Notes: generated from the sequence alone by a model not told the origin. A stretch of DNA of 64,000 nt from Gemmatimonadota bacterium (GCA_040389905.1 JAZJZK010000009.1:50280-114279); one strand, 5' to 3'; numbered from the stretch's first letter, positions 44,995 through 55,994 are shown. Program-made: numbers and translations.

Positions 44995-45842
44995 ACGATG
45001 ATGCGGTCGTGATGCGTGTAGACCGTAACGCGCGAGTCTCGCGCAAATCCCGCGAGGGTCATACCCGCATCATGCGCCATGCGGATGGCCAGTCCGGTCG
45101 GCGCAGATACCGTTGCGAGTAGCGGCACGCCGAGGACTGCTGCCTTCTGCACCAATTCGAAGCTGCCTCGGCTGGTCAAAACGACGAACCCTTCGTCTGC
45201 CCGGACCGGCGCGCGCGCGAGCGCACCGACGAGTTTGTCGAGCGCATTGTGTCGCCCGACGTCCTCGCGCACAAAGGCAACGGCGCCATCCGCGCTTGCC
45301 CAGCCCGCCGCATGCACGGCACCGGTGGCCTGATTCAGCGGCTGTCGTGTCGCCAGCTCGCGCATGGCTCTCGCGATCGCGGCGGCGGAGAACGACGCGG
45401 GCCGATCGATTCGCGGGAGTGCGCGCAGCACGTCTTCGACATCCTGCTTGCCGCAAATACCGCATCCCGTTCTGCCAGACAGTCGTCGCCGTCCCGGCGC
45501 GGTCGCGAGGGGCACCGCCGTTTCGATCTGGAGTTCAACGCCGCGGCTATAGCGCACCACGGTGATCGACGACAATGCGTCGGCAGAGTCGACCACGCCT
45601 TCGGTCAGCGAGAAGCCCACCGCGAAGTCCTCGAGATCATCTGGCGTCGCCATCATCACTGCGTGCGACACTCCGTTATACGCCAGTGAAATGGGCGTCT
45701 CCTCGGCGACCGTCTCGGCGCCGTCCGTCGCAGTAGTTCCGTCGATCCGAAGCGCGTGCACGGAAATCGAAGGCGTCGAGTAACCGAGCCGATCCATCGG
45801 TTTGGAGGAGTTAAGGTGCTGTTGTGTCGCAGTGGACCTCAT
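44991..45842 (-). CDS. fdhD: Formate dehydrogenase accessory sulfurtransferase FdhD
   Basis: MMATP.DLEDFA.GF, GCGICG, TGAVHAA, REDVGRHNALDKL and SAPT.LA. Confidence 0.96.
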   Translation of the reverse strand: MRSTATQQHLNSSKPMDRLGYSTPSISVHALRIDGTTATDGAETVAEETPISLAYNGVSHAVMMATPDDLEDFAVGFSLTEGVVDSADALSSITVVRYSRGVELQIETAVPLATAPGRRRLSGRTGCGICGKQDVEDVLRALPRIDRPASFSAAAIARAMRELATRQPLNQATGAVHAAGWASADGAVAFVREDVGRHNALDKLVGALARAPVRADEGFVVLTSRGSFELVQKAAVLGVPLLATVSAPTGLAIRMAHDAGMTLAGFARDSRVTVYTHHDRIIV

Positions 45843-45934
45843 TCTGCATCAGAGGCAGCCGTGCCCGCCAGCGACGAGATGCAGCGAGACGCGAGGCGAC
45901 ATGGACTGAAACAGATTAACGGGACAGTGAGAAC

Positions 45935-48900
45935 GTGCGGTTTCCCCGCGGACTACGGCGTGCTGCGCCGGGCCCAAACGATTTGCGGGCAACGGATGCC
46001 CCATCTGAAGTCATACTCGGCGAGCTCTACGGGACGGAACGGCTCGCGCGGCACGGCCGCCACCTCGCGCGCTCCCAGCGCATCGTCGCGACGACGACAC
46101 GACGTCGGCCACGAGGGAAAGGTCCGCTGCTCTCGCGGCTGGCGGCCACGGCACGCGTCCTCCGTGACGTGCACGAGTCTCTGGTGGCTGCCGCAAAGGA
46201 AGGCGTCGTCGTCAGCCCCGCGGGTGAATGGCTGCTCGACAATTTCTATGTTGTCAGCGAGCAGATCCGCGAGGTTCGCGCGACGCTGCCCAGCGGTTAC
46301 TACCACGAGTTGCCAAAACTGGCAGGGCCAGGCCCTCTCGAGGGCTATCCGCGCGTCTACGAAATCGCGATCGAGCTCATCGCGCACACCGACGGGCGAC
46401 TCGACGCGGCGCTTCTCGACCTGATCGTCGAGAACTATCAGAAGCTCTCGCGGCTCACGATGGGCGAACTGTGGGCCATGCCGGCCATGCTTCGCATGGG
46501 CTTCCTCGAGAACGTCCGGCACATGGCGATTCGCGCGCTCGACGACGTGCGCGACACGCAGGAAGCAGATCGGTGGGTGCGTCGAATGCTGGTGTCCGAG
46601 GACGTGGGCGCCTCCGCGTTGCGTTCGGTCCTCGATGAGCTGATCCATCATCCGCCGAGGCTCACGCCGGCGTTCGTGACGCGTTTTCTCCAGCAGATCC
46701 GGAGCCGGCGCGCCGACTTCACGCCGCTCATGTGGCTCGAGCAGTGGATCGCCGACGAAGTCATGAGCGTCGAGGAAGCGGTGCAGCGATCGACGCAGCA
46801 CCTCGCGCTGACGCAGCTCGTGATGGCGAACAGCATCGCGAGCCTTCGATCGATTGGCGGTATCGACTGGCGTGAGTTCGTCGAGCGTGCGAGTGCAACG
46901 GAGGGCATGCTGCGCCGCGACCCGGCCGCCGCCTATGCGTCGATGACCTTTGGAACGCGAGACCAATATCGACACGTCGTCGAACACATCGCGCGGCGCG
47001 CCGAGCGCGAAGAGCATGACGTCGCCGAGGCGGCGATTCTTGCGGCCGCGGCGGCGGAGAAGTCACTCGGGCAGAGTTCTCGCGAGGCGCATGTTGGATA
47101 CCACCTGCTCGGCGCCGGCAGAACGGCGCTCGAGCAGTCGCTCGGATATCGGCCGCCACTTCGTACCATGATCGATCGTGTGGCGAAGCAGAACGCGAGC
47201 CTCTTCTACTTCACGACCTTTGGCCTCGGCGTCGCCGGCTTTCTGACGCTCTTTCTTTCTCCATTAGAGGGGGAGGCGCGCGGAGCGATGGCCGTGCTCG
47301 CCGTGCTCCTCGCACTCGGTCCGGCTGCGGACGCCGCAGTCGCCGTCGTGAACCAGGTGGTGACGCTCCTCCTGCCCCCCGACAAGCTCGCTCGGATGTC
47401 CCGCGTCGCGGGCGTGCCACCGGAGGAGCGCACACTCGTCGTCGTTCCCATCCTCTTCGGTTCGGTCGAGGTCGTGGAAGAGGCACTCGATCACATCGAA
47501 GCGCAGTTCCTGGCCAATCGCGATCCGGAGATCCGCTTCGCGCTGCTCGGAGACTTCATCGATGCGAGCGGGGAACACATGCCTGGCGACGACGAGATCG
47601 TCGACGCAGCGGTGCAGGGTGTGCGCGCGCTCAACGCCACGTACGGCTCCGCTGCCGACGCGCTCACGATGCCGTTCTACTTCTTCATGCGCCCGCGTCG
47701 CTGGAATGCGGCTGATGCGGTATGGATGGGTTGGGAGCGGAAGCGCGGTAAGCTCGTCGAGTTGAACCGATTCATTCTCGGCAAGGACAAAGGCGCGTTC
47801 TCCACGATCGAGGGCGACCGTTCGTGGACATCATCGGTGCGGTACGTGATCACCCTCGATGCCGATACCATCCTGCCTCGCGACGCGGCCGCGGAGCTGA
47901 TCGGGACGATGGCGCATCCGCTCAATCGTCCGCAGTTCAGTGCGGAGGCCGGTCGCGTCGTTCGCGGGTACGGCATTCTCCAGCCACGCGTGAGCGTTTC
48001 GCTCGCATCGGCCAACGGCTCTCGGTACTCCGCCATCTTCGCTGGACACCCCGGTGTCGATCCGTACACCACAGCGGTGTCCGACGTCTATCAGGACCTG
48101 TTCGGCGAAGGGACGTTCACCGGGAAGGGCATTTACGACGTTGCCATCTTCGAGCGCGCAACGGTTGGTCGCTTTCCCGAGAACGCGCTGCTCAGCCACG
48201 ACCTGATCGAGGGTTCGTTCGCGCGCGCCGGGCTGGCGACCGATGTCGAGGTGTTCGACGACTATCCCTCCCGGTATCTGACCGCGACCCGCCGAATGCA
48301 TCGCTGGATTCGCGGGGATTGGCAGTTGCTCCCCTGGCTGCTGAGCGACGTACCAGGAGCGGAGGGCGTGACGATCAATCCGTTGACGCTGGTTTCGCGG
48401 TGGAAGGTGCTCGACAATCTTCGGCGGAGCTTCTCGCCCATTGCGCTCTTTGTGTGGATAGTTGCCGGTTGGACCGTCCTCCCCGGTGCCGGCGCGCGAT
48501 GGGTCGTCGCCGTGCTCGGCGCGATGTCCGCTCCATGGATGCTTCCGCTCGTTCTCGCGGCGCTTCGGCCGCCGCGCGGAGAATCCTGGCGCCCCTACTA
48601 TGCTGCGTGGCTGCGCGATCTCTCGCTGGCGCTTCAGCAGCTCGGCATTGCCATCATCATGCTGCCGCATCAGGCGCTGGTGGCCGCCGACGCCATCGTG
48701 CGCACGCTCTATCGCGTGTTCGCGTCGCACCGGCACCTGCTCGAATGGCAAACGTCATCCCAAGTGGAGCGGACCGCGCATCTCGGTCGTGTCGCGGTGC
48801 TCCGGAGAATGTGGCCCGCCGTCGCGCTCTCCGTTGTCGTGCTGGTCCCGATGGTCGTTGCGACGCTGCGGCCAGTGCAGCGCGGCGGAAGCCTGCCGCT

Positions 48901-51900
48901 CCTGTTGAGCCTCGCGCTCTGCTGGCTCCTTTCGCCGGAAATCGCGCATCGTCTCAGCGTCCCGATCGTGCGCGCCGATCTCGAGCTGACCGCAGCCGAG
49001 CGTAGTACGGCCGTGCGCTGGGCGCGTGCGCATTGGAACTACTTCGAAGCATTCGTCGGAGCGGATACGCACTGGCTGGTTCCCGATAACTATCAGGACG
49101 TGCCCGAGCCGGTCGTCGCTCGGCGGACGTCGCCGACGAACATCGGACTGCAACTCCTCTCCACCGTGTCGGCGCACGACTTCGGTTTCATCGACGTGGA
49201 GGGGATGGTCGCTCGCCTCGAGCGCGTCCTGGACGCGATGGACCGGATGGCAAAGCTGCGCGGTCACCTCATGAATTGGTACGACATCTCGGACCTCCGG
49301 GTGCTGGAGCCGCCATACGTCTCCGCGGTCGATTCCGGAAACCTCGCGGGCCATCTGATTGCCGTGGCAGCCGCGTGCGAGGCGATGGCGCACGACGAAC
49401 CCGTCTATCTCCAACGACTGTTGGATGTGACGCGGCGCGCGCGTGCGATCGCGATGGGAATGGACTTCACCCTGTTCTACGTCGAGCAGAAGCGGCTGTT
49501 CGCAATCGGTTACGATGCGCGCAGCGGAAAGCTCGATGCGGGGACGTACGACCTGCTTGCCTCGGAGGCGCGTCTGGCGAGCTTCATCGCCGTCGCCAAG
49601 GACGACGTGTCGGTCGAGCACTGGTTCCACCTCGGCCGCGGCCTGACGGCGACGGACGGAGGGACCGCGCTCGTCTCGTGGAGCGGAAGCATGTTCGAGT
49701 ATCTCATGCCGGGCCTCGTCATGCCGTCGCGGCCGTACTCGCTGCTCGACCAGACGCATCAGGCCGCCGTGCGCCGGCACATCGCCTACGGCCGCTCACG
49801 TGGTGTGCCGTGGGGCGTGTCCGAGTCCGCGTACAACGTGCGTGACCGGCACGAGACCTATCAGTACCGCGCATTCGGCGTGCCCGACCTGGCGCTCAAG
49901 CGTGGTCTTGGTGCGGACCTCGTTATCGCCCCATATGCGAGTGCGCTGGCGCTCGCCGTCGATCCGCACGCGGCGCTGTTGAATCTGTCGGTGCTCGAGC
50001 AGCTTGGCGCGCTCGGTGAGCACGGGTTCTATGATGCGCTCGATTACACCAGGCCGGATGCCAACGGTACACCGGCGATCGTGCGCACGGTGATGGCGCA
50101 CCACAACGGCATGTCCCTCGTCGCGCTCGATAACGCGATCCATCTCGAGCGAGGGCAGGGTATCTGGCAGCGACGCTTCCTGGGCGATGCGGCCGTGCGC
50201 GCAGCCGCCCTCTTGCTCGATGAGCGCGTGCCGCGACGCTATACGGCACGCCCGGCGCAGTCCGACGACGCCATCGATCCGCTCGTGCGCGCGCCACGCG
50301 CGCGCGTGGTCATGCGCGAGTTCGATACCCCAGACACTCCGGAGCCACAGATCGCGCTGCTCGGTGCACAGTCCTATTGCTCTCTCGTCACGAATGCCGG
50401 CGGCGGGTACAGCCGCTCTGGCGAGATGGAGGTCTATCGGTGGCGCGCGGACTCGACACGCGATTCCACCGGGCACTGGATCTACCTGCGCGACGTGACG
50501 AGCGGGCGGACCTGGTCGGCCGCGCACCAACCGACGTGTGCTCCCGCGACCTCGTATCACGTGTCGTTCGAGGCCGATCGCGTCGTGTTTTCACGCCTCG
50601 ATGCGGGAATCGAAACGCGCACGGAAATCGTCGTGGTGCCACGTGAACGGACGGAGATTCGCCGCGTCACGGTGACCAACCGTTCTCGCGGTGATCGGGA
50701 TATCGAGCTGACGAGCTATGGCGAGATCGTCCTCACAACGTCCGGCGCCGACCGCGCGCATCCGGCGTTCCAGAATCTCTTCGTCGAAACCGAGTGGGTT
50801 CCCAAGCAGTGCGCCGTGCTTGCGAGCCGGCGTCCACGTTCGGCCACGGAGAAGCGACCGTGGTGTGCCCACGTCGTTGCCGTCGGTGCCGAGTCGTCGG
50901 TGGTCGTCACGTGCGAAACGGATCGGGCGCGTTTCGTCGGTCGCGGGCGGTCGACCCGTGCGCCCAAGGCCATGGATACGAGCGGTCCCCTCTCGAATAC
51001 GGCGGGCGCGGTGCTCGATCCCATCGTCGCGCTGCGCGCGCGGGTACACCTCGAACCCGGCCGCTCGTCGACCGTGGCATTCACGACGATCGTCGCCGAC
51101 TCGCGGGAGGATGCATTGATTGCCGCCGACCGCCACAACGATCTTGGCGCGGCGGAACGTGCCCTCTCACTGTCATGGACGGTCGCGCAAATCGAGTTGC
51201 GCGACCTCGATGTGTCGCCCGAGGCCGCGGCGCTCTATCAGAATCTTGCGGCGTCCCTCATCCATCCGCGCGAATCGCTCCGCGCGCCACAGCAGGAACG
51301 CTTTGCGAATCAACGCCCGCAATCGGCACTATGGGCACACGGCATCTCCGGCGATTGGCCCATCGTTCTCGCGACGATCCGCGCTGAAGTCGGCTTGCCG
51401 AGCGTGCGCCAGCTACTCGTTGCGCACAACTACTGGCGGACCAAGGGCGTTCGAGCCGACCTCGTGATCCTCAATGCGAAGGAGCCGTCGTACATCCAGG
51501 AGCTTCAGGATCAGATCACGGCCATGGTCGTGTCATCATCCGAAGGAGGCATTCTCGAAGTGCCGGGCGGTGTGTTCGTGCGCCGCAGCGATGTCATGGC
51601 GGCGGAAGACGTGGCGATGCTCCGTGCGATGGCGAGCGTCCACGTGGTTTGTGACGGCGTCGGACTCGGCGAGATCGTCGCGGCGTCCATCGCGACGCCG
51701 AATTCAGCGCAGCGTACCGCCATGGTGCCGGTGACGCAGGTGCGCGACGCGTTCGTGCAGCCTCCACTGCCGGAGGGCAACGAATACGGCGCGCTCACCG
51801 CGGCGAACGACTACCGGATCGAAGTGGACGGAAGTCACGTGCCGCCTGGTCCATGGGCGAACGTTATCGCCAATCGCAACGGCGGCTTCTGCGTGACGGA

Positions 51901-54184
51901 ACGCGGTGGCGGCTTCGCGTGGTCCGAGAACAGCTACTTCTACCGCCTCACGCCTTGGTATAACGACCCTGTGAGCGATCCACTGGGCGAGGTGATCTAC
52001 CTTCAGGACGCGGAAACAGGACACGTGTGGAGTCCCACGCCGGGACCGTGGCCCGCTCGCGACGACGACGCCGGAGGTCCGGCGCCATACGATGTCGTCC
52101 ATGCACCGGGCCGGTCGACGTTCACGCACGGGCGCGCGGGGATCACGACGCAACTCACCCTCGGAATGCCGAGCGAGGACCCCGTCAAGATTTCACGGCT
52201 GTGGTTGCGAAACGACGGCACGAGTGCGCGGCGGATCATTTTCACCAACTATGTGGAATGGGCGCTCGGTGCGGATCGAGTGCAGACGCGGCATCACGTG
52301 CACACGCGGCGCGACGAGCAAACCGGCGCAATCTTCGCCCAGAACTACTTCGACGCCGACTTCGCGTCGCAGGTGGCGTTCTCGTGGATCAGTGAGACAG
52401 TCTCGAGCGCGACAGGTGATCGAACATCGTTCCTCGGCCGTAACGGCGACCTGTCGAGCCCCGTTGCGCTCGGCTTCGAAGCGCTGAGCGAAACCATGGG
52501 CGCCGGATTCGATCCCTGCGCGGCGCTGCGCGCCACGATTCTGCTGGCGCCCGGCGAGGAACGCGAGGTGATCGTTCTGCTCGGCGCGACCAGAAATGCA
52601 GACGATGCCCGTTCATTGATCGAGCGATATGGCGCGCCGGCAAATGCGCGCGAGGCCGTAGCGCACGTGGTCCAACAGTGGGACGCGCGACTCGCCACGA
52701 TTCGCGTGCGCACGCCATCTCCCGAGTTGGACGCGCTCGTCAACCGGTGGTCGCTCTATCAGGCGCTGGCCTGCCGAATGTGGGCACGCTCCGCCATCTA
52801 TCAGTCGAGCGGTGCCTTCGGCTTTCGTGATCAGCTTCAGGACGGAATGGCGTTCGTTTACGCTGAGCCGTCAGTGACTCGCGCACATATTCTTCGTTCG
52901 GCGGGTCGTCAATTCCCCGAGGGTGACGTCCAGCACTGGTGGCACGAACCGAGCGGCAGCGGTGTGCGCACGAGATTCTCCGACGATCTCGCATGGTTGC
53001 CGTTCGTCTGCGATCACTACGTCAGGGTCACCGGCGACACGCCCATCTGGGACGAGACCGCTCCGTATATCACGATGCGCGAGCTCGCACCGCACGAGCA
53101 CGAGATCTACGATCGTCCGCAGCCCTCGGACCGCAGTGGGACGCTCTACGAACACTGTGTTCGTGCGCTCGACCGCGCATGCACGCGCGGCGAGCGCGGT
53201 CTTCCGCTGATGGGATCCGGCGACTGGAATGACGGCATGAGCCGAGTCGGCGTGGAGGGACGAGGTGAGAGCGTGTGGCTCGCATGGTTTCTCATCACCA
53301 CCCTTCGGCGCTTCGCGGACCACGCCGAGCTCCGGAACGACGCGGCCGTCGTCGATCGCTTTCGGCAGCGCGCAGACGAGTATGCCGCCGCAGTGGACCG
53401 CGAAGCGTGGGACGGTGCGTGGTATCGCCGCGCGTATTTCGACGACGGAAGCCCCCTGGGCTCGGCGAGCGAGAGTGAAGCGCAGATCGATTCGATCGCG
53501 CAGAGCTGGGCCGTGCTGTCCGGTGCCGGCGACCCCGCGCGTGCTCGGCAGGCAATGCAATCCGTGACCGAGCGTCTCGTTCGAGAGGACGCGCGCATGA
53601 TTCTCCTGCTGACGCCACCCTTCGACCACACGCCGCACGATCCCGGGTACATCAAGGGGTACCTCCCGGGCGTTCGGGAGAACGGCGCGCAGTACACGCA
53701 CGCGGCGCTGTGGACCGTTTTCGCCGCGGCGGCGTTGGGTGACGGCGACTTGGCTTTCCACCTGTACGACCTGCTGAACCCTCTCACGCACGCCCGGACT
53801 CGAGCCGAGGCGGAGCGCTATATCGTCGAGCCATATGTCGTGGCCGCCGACGTCTATGATACGGCCGGCCATGTGGGGCGCGGTGGATGGACGTGGTACA
53901 CGGGCTCCGCGAGTTGGAGCTATCGCGCGGCGATCGAGGGGATCGTCGGATTCACGAAGCGAGGGAACACGCTGTCGTTCGCGCCGTGCATTCCGAAAAC
54001 GTGGCCGGATGTCGGCCTCGACTACCGGCACGGCACCGCCAACTATCTGGTACGAATCGAGAATCCAGCGGGTGTATCGACGGGCGTTGCTTCGGTGACG
54101 GTTGATGGTGTTGTGATGCCGGATGGGGTGATACCCTTGGCGGACGATGGCCAGGAGCATCACGTCGTCGTGGTGCTCGGCTGA
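45935..54184 (+). CDS. ndvB: Cyclic beta-1,2-glucan synthase (Cgs/NdvB/ChvB; GT84 + cyclisation domain + GH94)
   Basis: 2749 aa. EWLLDNFY, GWERKRGKL, TLDADT, LSHDLIEG, HRWIRGDWQL, SWSGSMFEYLMP, GDWNDG, GESVWL and ENGAQYTH. Confidence 0.95.
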   Translation: MRFPRGLRRAAPGPNDLRATDAPSEVILGELYGTERLARHGRHLARSQRIVATTTRRRPRGKGPLLSRLAATARVLRDVHESLVAAAKEGVVVSPAGEWLLDNFYVVSEQIREVRATLPSGYYHELPKLAGPGPLEGYPRVYEIAIELIAHTDGRLDAALLDLIVENYQKLSRLTMGELWAMPAMLRMGFLENVRHMAIRALDDVRDTQEADRWVRRMLVSEDVGASALRSVLDELIHHPPRLTPAFVTRFLQQIRSRRADFTPLMWLEQWIADEVMSVEEAVQRSTQHLALTQLVMANSIASLRSIGGIDWREFVERASATEGMLRRDPAAAYASMTFGTRDQYRHVVEHIARRAEREEHDVAEAAILAAAAAEKSLGQSSREAHVGYHLLGAGRTALEQSLGYRPPLRTMIDRVAKQNASLFYFTTFGLGVAGFLTLFLSPLEGEARGAMAVLAVLLALGPAADAAVAVVNQVVTLLLPPDKLARMSRVAGVPPEERTLVVVPILFGSVEVVEEALDHIEAQFLANRDPEIRFALLGDFIDASGEHMPGDDEIVDAAVQGVRALNATYGSAADALTMPFYFFMRPRRWNAADAVWMGWERKRGKLVELNRFILGKDKGAFSTIEGDRSWTSSVRYVITLDADTILPRDAAAELIGTMAHPLNRPQFSAEAGRVVRGYGILQPRVSVSLASANGSRYSAIFAGHPGVDPYTTAVSDVYQDLFGEGTFTGKGIYDVAIFERATVGRFPENALLSHDLIEGSFARAGLATDVEVFDDYPSRYLTATRRMHRWIRGDWQLLPWLLSDVPGAEGVTINPLTLVSRWKVLDNLRRSFSPIALFVWIVAGWTVLPGAGARWVVAVLGAMSAPWMLPLVLAALRPPRGESWRPYYAAWLRDLSLALQQLGIAIIMLPHQALVAADAIVRTLYRVFASHRHLLEWQTSSQVERTAHLGRVAVLRRMWPAVALSVVVLVPMVVATLRPVQRGGSLPLLLSLALCWLLSPEIAHRLSVPIVRADLELTAAERSTAVRWARAHWNYFEAFVGADTHWLVPDNYQDVPEPVVARRTSPTNIGLQLLSTVSAHDFGFIDVEGMVARLERVLDAMDRMAKLRGHLMNWYDISDLRVLEPPYVSAVDSGNLAGHLIAVAAACEAMAHDEPVYLQRLLDVTRRARAIAMGMDFTLFYVEQKRLFAIGYDARSGKLDAGTYDLLASEARLASFIAVAKDDVSVEHWFHLGRGLTATDGGTALVSWSGSMFEYLMPGLVMPSRPYSLLDQTHQAAVRRHIAYGRSRGVPWGVSESAYNVRDRHETYQYRAFGVPDLALKRGLGADLVIAPYASALALAVDPHAALLNLSVLEQLGALGEHGFYDALDYTRPDANGTPAIVRTVMAHHNGMSLVALDNAIHLERGQGIWQRRFLGDAAVRAAALLLDERVPRRYTARPAQSDDAIDPLVRAPRARVVMREFDTPDTPEPQIALLGAQSYCSLVTNAGGGYSRSGEMEVYRWRADSTRDSTGHWIYLRDVTSGRTWSAAHQPTCAPATSYHVSFEADRVVFSRLDAGIETRTEIVVVPRERTEIRRVTVTNRSRGDRDIELTSYGEIVLTTSGADRAHPAFQNLFVETEWVPKQCAVLASRRPRSATEKRPWCAHVVAVGAESSVVVTCETDRARFVGRGRSTRAPKAMDTSGPLSNTAGAVLDPIVALRARVHLEPGRSSTVAFTTIVADSREDALIAADRHNDLGAAERALSLSWTVAQIELRDLDVSPEAAALYQNLAASLIHPRESLRAPQQERFANQRPQSALWAHGISGDWPIVLATIRAEVGLPSVRQLLVAHNYWRTKGVRADLVILNAKEPSYIQELQDQITAMVVSSSEGGILEVPGGVFVRRSDVMAAEDVAMLRAMASVHVVCDGVGLGEIVAASIATPNSAQRTAMVPVTQVRDAFVQPPLPEGNEYGALTAANDYRIEVDGSHVPPGPWANVIANRNGGFCVTERGGGFAWSENSYFYRLTPWYNDPVSDPLGEVIYLQDAETGHVWSPTPGPWPARDDDAGGPAPYDVVHAPGRSTFTHGRAGITTQLTLGMPSEDPVKISRLWLRNDGTSARRIIFTNYVEWALGADRVQTRHHVHTRRDEQTGAIFAQNYFDADFASQVAFSWISETVSSATGDRTSFLGRNGDLSSPVALGFEALSETMGAGFDPCAALRATILLAPGEEREVIVLLGATRNADDARSLIERYGAPANAREAVAHVVQQWDARLATIRVRTPSPELDALVNRWSLYQALACRMWARSAIYQSSGAFGFRDQLQDGMAFVYAEPSVTRAHILRSAGRQFPEGDVQHWWHEPSGSGVRTRFSDDLAWLPFVCDHYVRVTGDTPIWDETAPYITMRELAPHEHEIYDRPQPSDRSGTLYEHCVRALDRACTRGERGLPLMGSGDWNDGMSRVGVEGRGESVWLAWFLITTLRRFADHAELRNDAAVVDRFRQRADEYAAAVDREAWDGAWYRRAYFDDGSPLGSASESEAQIDSIAQSWAVLSGAGDPARARQAMQSVTERLVREDARMILLLTPPFDHTPHDPGYIKGYLPGVRENGAQYTHAALWTVFAAAALGDGDLAFHLYDLLNPLTHARTRAEAERYIVEPYVVAADVYDTAGHVGRGGWTWYTGSASWSYRAAIEGIVGFTKRGNTLSFAPCIPKTWPDVGLDYRHGTANYLVRIENPAGVSTGVASVTVDGVVMPDGVIPLADDGQEHHVVVVLG

Positions 54185-54341
54185 TACAGTAGCTACCGTC
54201 TTCTACCGCAGAGGGCGCGGAGGAGCAGATGCACGCAGAGGAGAAGCGAAACGGCTGAGTGCAACGAAGCGCCTGCGCGAGTTGTTGCGCCCTCCCGAAT
54301 GGAACTCTTGCGCCCTGTCGTCGATAGTGGATAGCACGACT

Positions 54342-54944
54342 ATGAGCGACCAACCCTCCGCGTCCTCCCGTGACGACGAATTCGCCCGCATCGCACTCCC
54401 GTTGCTACCGGTAGTGGCCCGAGTTGCCCACTCCCTCACGCGCGATGCAGCCGAGACCGAAGACCTGGTCCAGGATACCTACCTCAAGGCGTTCCGTCAC
54501 TGGCACACCTTCGAGCCCGGAAGTGATTGTCGCCGGTGGCTCTCGGCGATCTGCCGAAACACCTTTTTCGCACAACGCTCGCGCCAGCGTTGGGTCACCG
54601 CCGTGGGGGACGATCAGGAGCTGGAGACCTTTGCCGCGGTGAGTCTCCACAAGCTGGCCCGTGAGCAGGGTGTCGAGGACATGTTTTCTCGCGTCGATCT
54701 CGCGCCGGCGATTCATGACGCGATCGACCGGCTGGAGCCGCTCTTCCGCGACGTCGTACGACTCGTCGATGTGCAGGAGCTCCAATATGATGAGGCGGCC
54801 GAAGTACTCGGTGTTCCAATTGGAACGGTTCGCTCCCGGCTCTATCGGGCGCGGCGCCAGCTCCAACAAGCGCTCGTGCAGTATGCGATCGACGCGGGCT
54901 ATGCCGTCCGAACTCTCTCACCTCCGTCCCACGCGGGTTCATGA
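54342..54944 (+). CDS. ECF sigma factor (SigR/SigH-like)
   Basis: EDLVQDTYLKAF, WLSAICRN and Y.EAAEVLGVPIGTVRSRLYRAR. Confidence 0.95.
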   Translation: MSDQPSASSRDDEFARIALPLLPVVARVAHSLTRDAAETEDLVQDTYLKAFRHWHTFEPGSDCRRWLSAICRNTFFAQRSRQRWVTAVGDDQELETFAAVSLHKLAREQGVEDMFSRVDLAPAIHDAIDRLEPLFRDVVRLVDVQELQYDEAAEVLGVPIGTVRSRLYRARRQLQQALVQYAIDAGYAVRTLSPPSHAGS

Positions 54945-55198
54945 CCATGGCGAATCCCGAATCATGCCGCGAAATCGTCCGCCAGCTCTGGCCGTACCTG
55001 GATGGTGTGCTGCCGGATGAGTGGCAGGCGCGCGTGGCGAAACATCTCGAGGAGTGCGATGCCTGCCGGTCGCACTACGACTTCGAGCGCGCCTTCCTCG
55101 ATGCCATACGCCTCGCGAATGACGACGCCGCCGATTTTGCTGCGCTCCGCTCCCGGGTCGTCGCGGTGCTCGCGTCCGAGGGGATGGACATAGTATGA
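54941..55198 (+). CDS. Zinc-finger (zf-HC2/ZAS) soluble anti-sigma factor
   Basis: SC.E...L..YLDG and HLEECDAC (HxxxCxxC). No TM. Coupled to the sigma gene. Confidence 0.93.
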   Translation: MTMANPESCREIVRQLWPYLDGVLPDEWQARVAKHLEECDACRSHYDFERAFLDAIRLANDDAADFAALRSRVVAVLASEGMDIV

Positions 55199-55256
55199 TG
55201 CGTGACCGAACGCGTGCCGCGTACGGAATTCTCCATCTCGCCGGGGGCGGTCGCGA

Positions 55257-55994
55257 ATGACGGAACTCGTCAAGCGGAATCACTGGGTTGTTCGCCTCAC
55301 GCACTGGGTCAATGTCGTGGCGATCATCGTCATGGCCGGTAGCGGCATGCGCATCTTCAACGCGCATCCGGCCTTTGCGCGCCCGGGGGAGCACTTTCCG
55401 CTGAACCCGTGGGAGGGACACGCGATTCCGAAGTGGCTCACGTTCGGCGCATGGCTCGGCGGCGCGAGGCATTGGCACTTCGCCATGATGTGGTTGCTCG
55501 TGGCGAATGGGCTCCTCTACATCGGCTTCCTGTTTCTGCACGGCGAGTGGCGCGACATCATGCCGCGCCGCGGAGACGCGCGCGACGCGATCGAGATGAT
55601 CAGGTTTTACCTGTTCGTGCGAAAGGATCACCCGCGGCAAGGAAAGCACAACGCGCTCCAGAAGAGCGCGTACTTCGCCATGTCCGTGCTTGGCATCGTG
55701 CTCGTTCTGAGTGGCCTCGCCATCTGGAAGCCGGTCACGCTCGGCTTCATCACGGTACTGTTCGTCAACTACAAATGGGCGCGCTTCGTTCATTTCGTGG
55801 CGATGTCGCTGCTCATCCTGCTCGCCCTCGTGCATGTCTTCATGGTCTTTGCCGTCGATCCGTATGCGCTCCGGTCGATGATCACCGGCTGGTACAATCG
55901 CGCCAGGTCGCCGGAAGCACGAAATGCCCGTCCGTTGTACCATCTCTTCGGGCCAGGCCCCACAAAGCGCGACGTGAAGGCACCACATCCATGA
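55257..55994 (+). CDS. Di-heme cytochrome b subunit (Ni-hydrogenase/FdnI/YdhU-like)
   Basis: VRLTHWVN, RHWHF, HNALQK..Y and RFVHF...LVHV. Confidence 0.9.
   Translation: MTELVKRNHWVVRLTHWVNVVAIIVMAGSGMRIFNAHPAFARPGEHFPLNPWEGHAIPKWLTFGAWLGGARHWHFAMMWLLVANGLLYIGFLFLHGEWRDIMPRRGDARDAIEMIRFYLFVRKDHPRQGKHNALQKSAYFAMSVLGIVLVLSGLAIWKPVTLGFITVLFVNYKWARFVHFVAMSLLILLALVHVFMVFAVDPYALRSMITGWYNRARSPEARNARPLYHLFGPGPTKRDVKAPHP

Noticed and set aside
55409..55990. Apparent long N-terminus of the molybdoenzyme ORF
   Set aside because: It is an alternate frame over the cytochrome b gene. The true start is ATG 55991, which carries the Tat-like signal.
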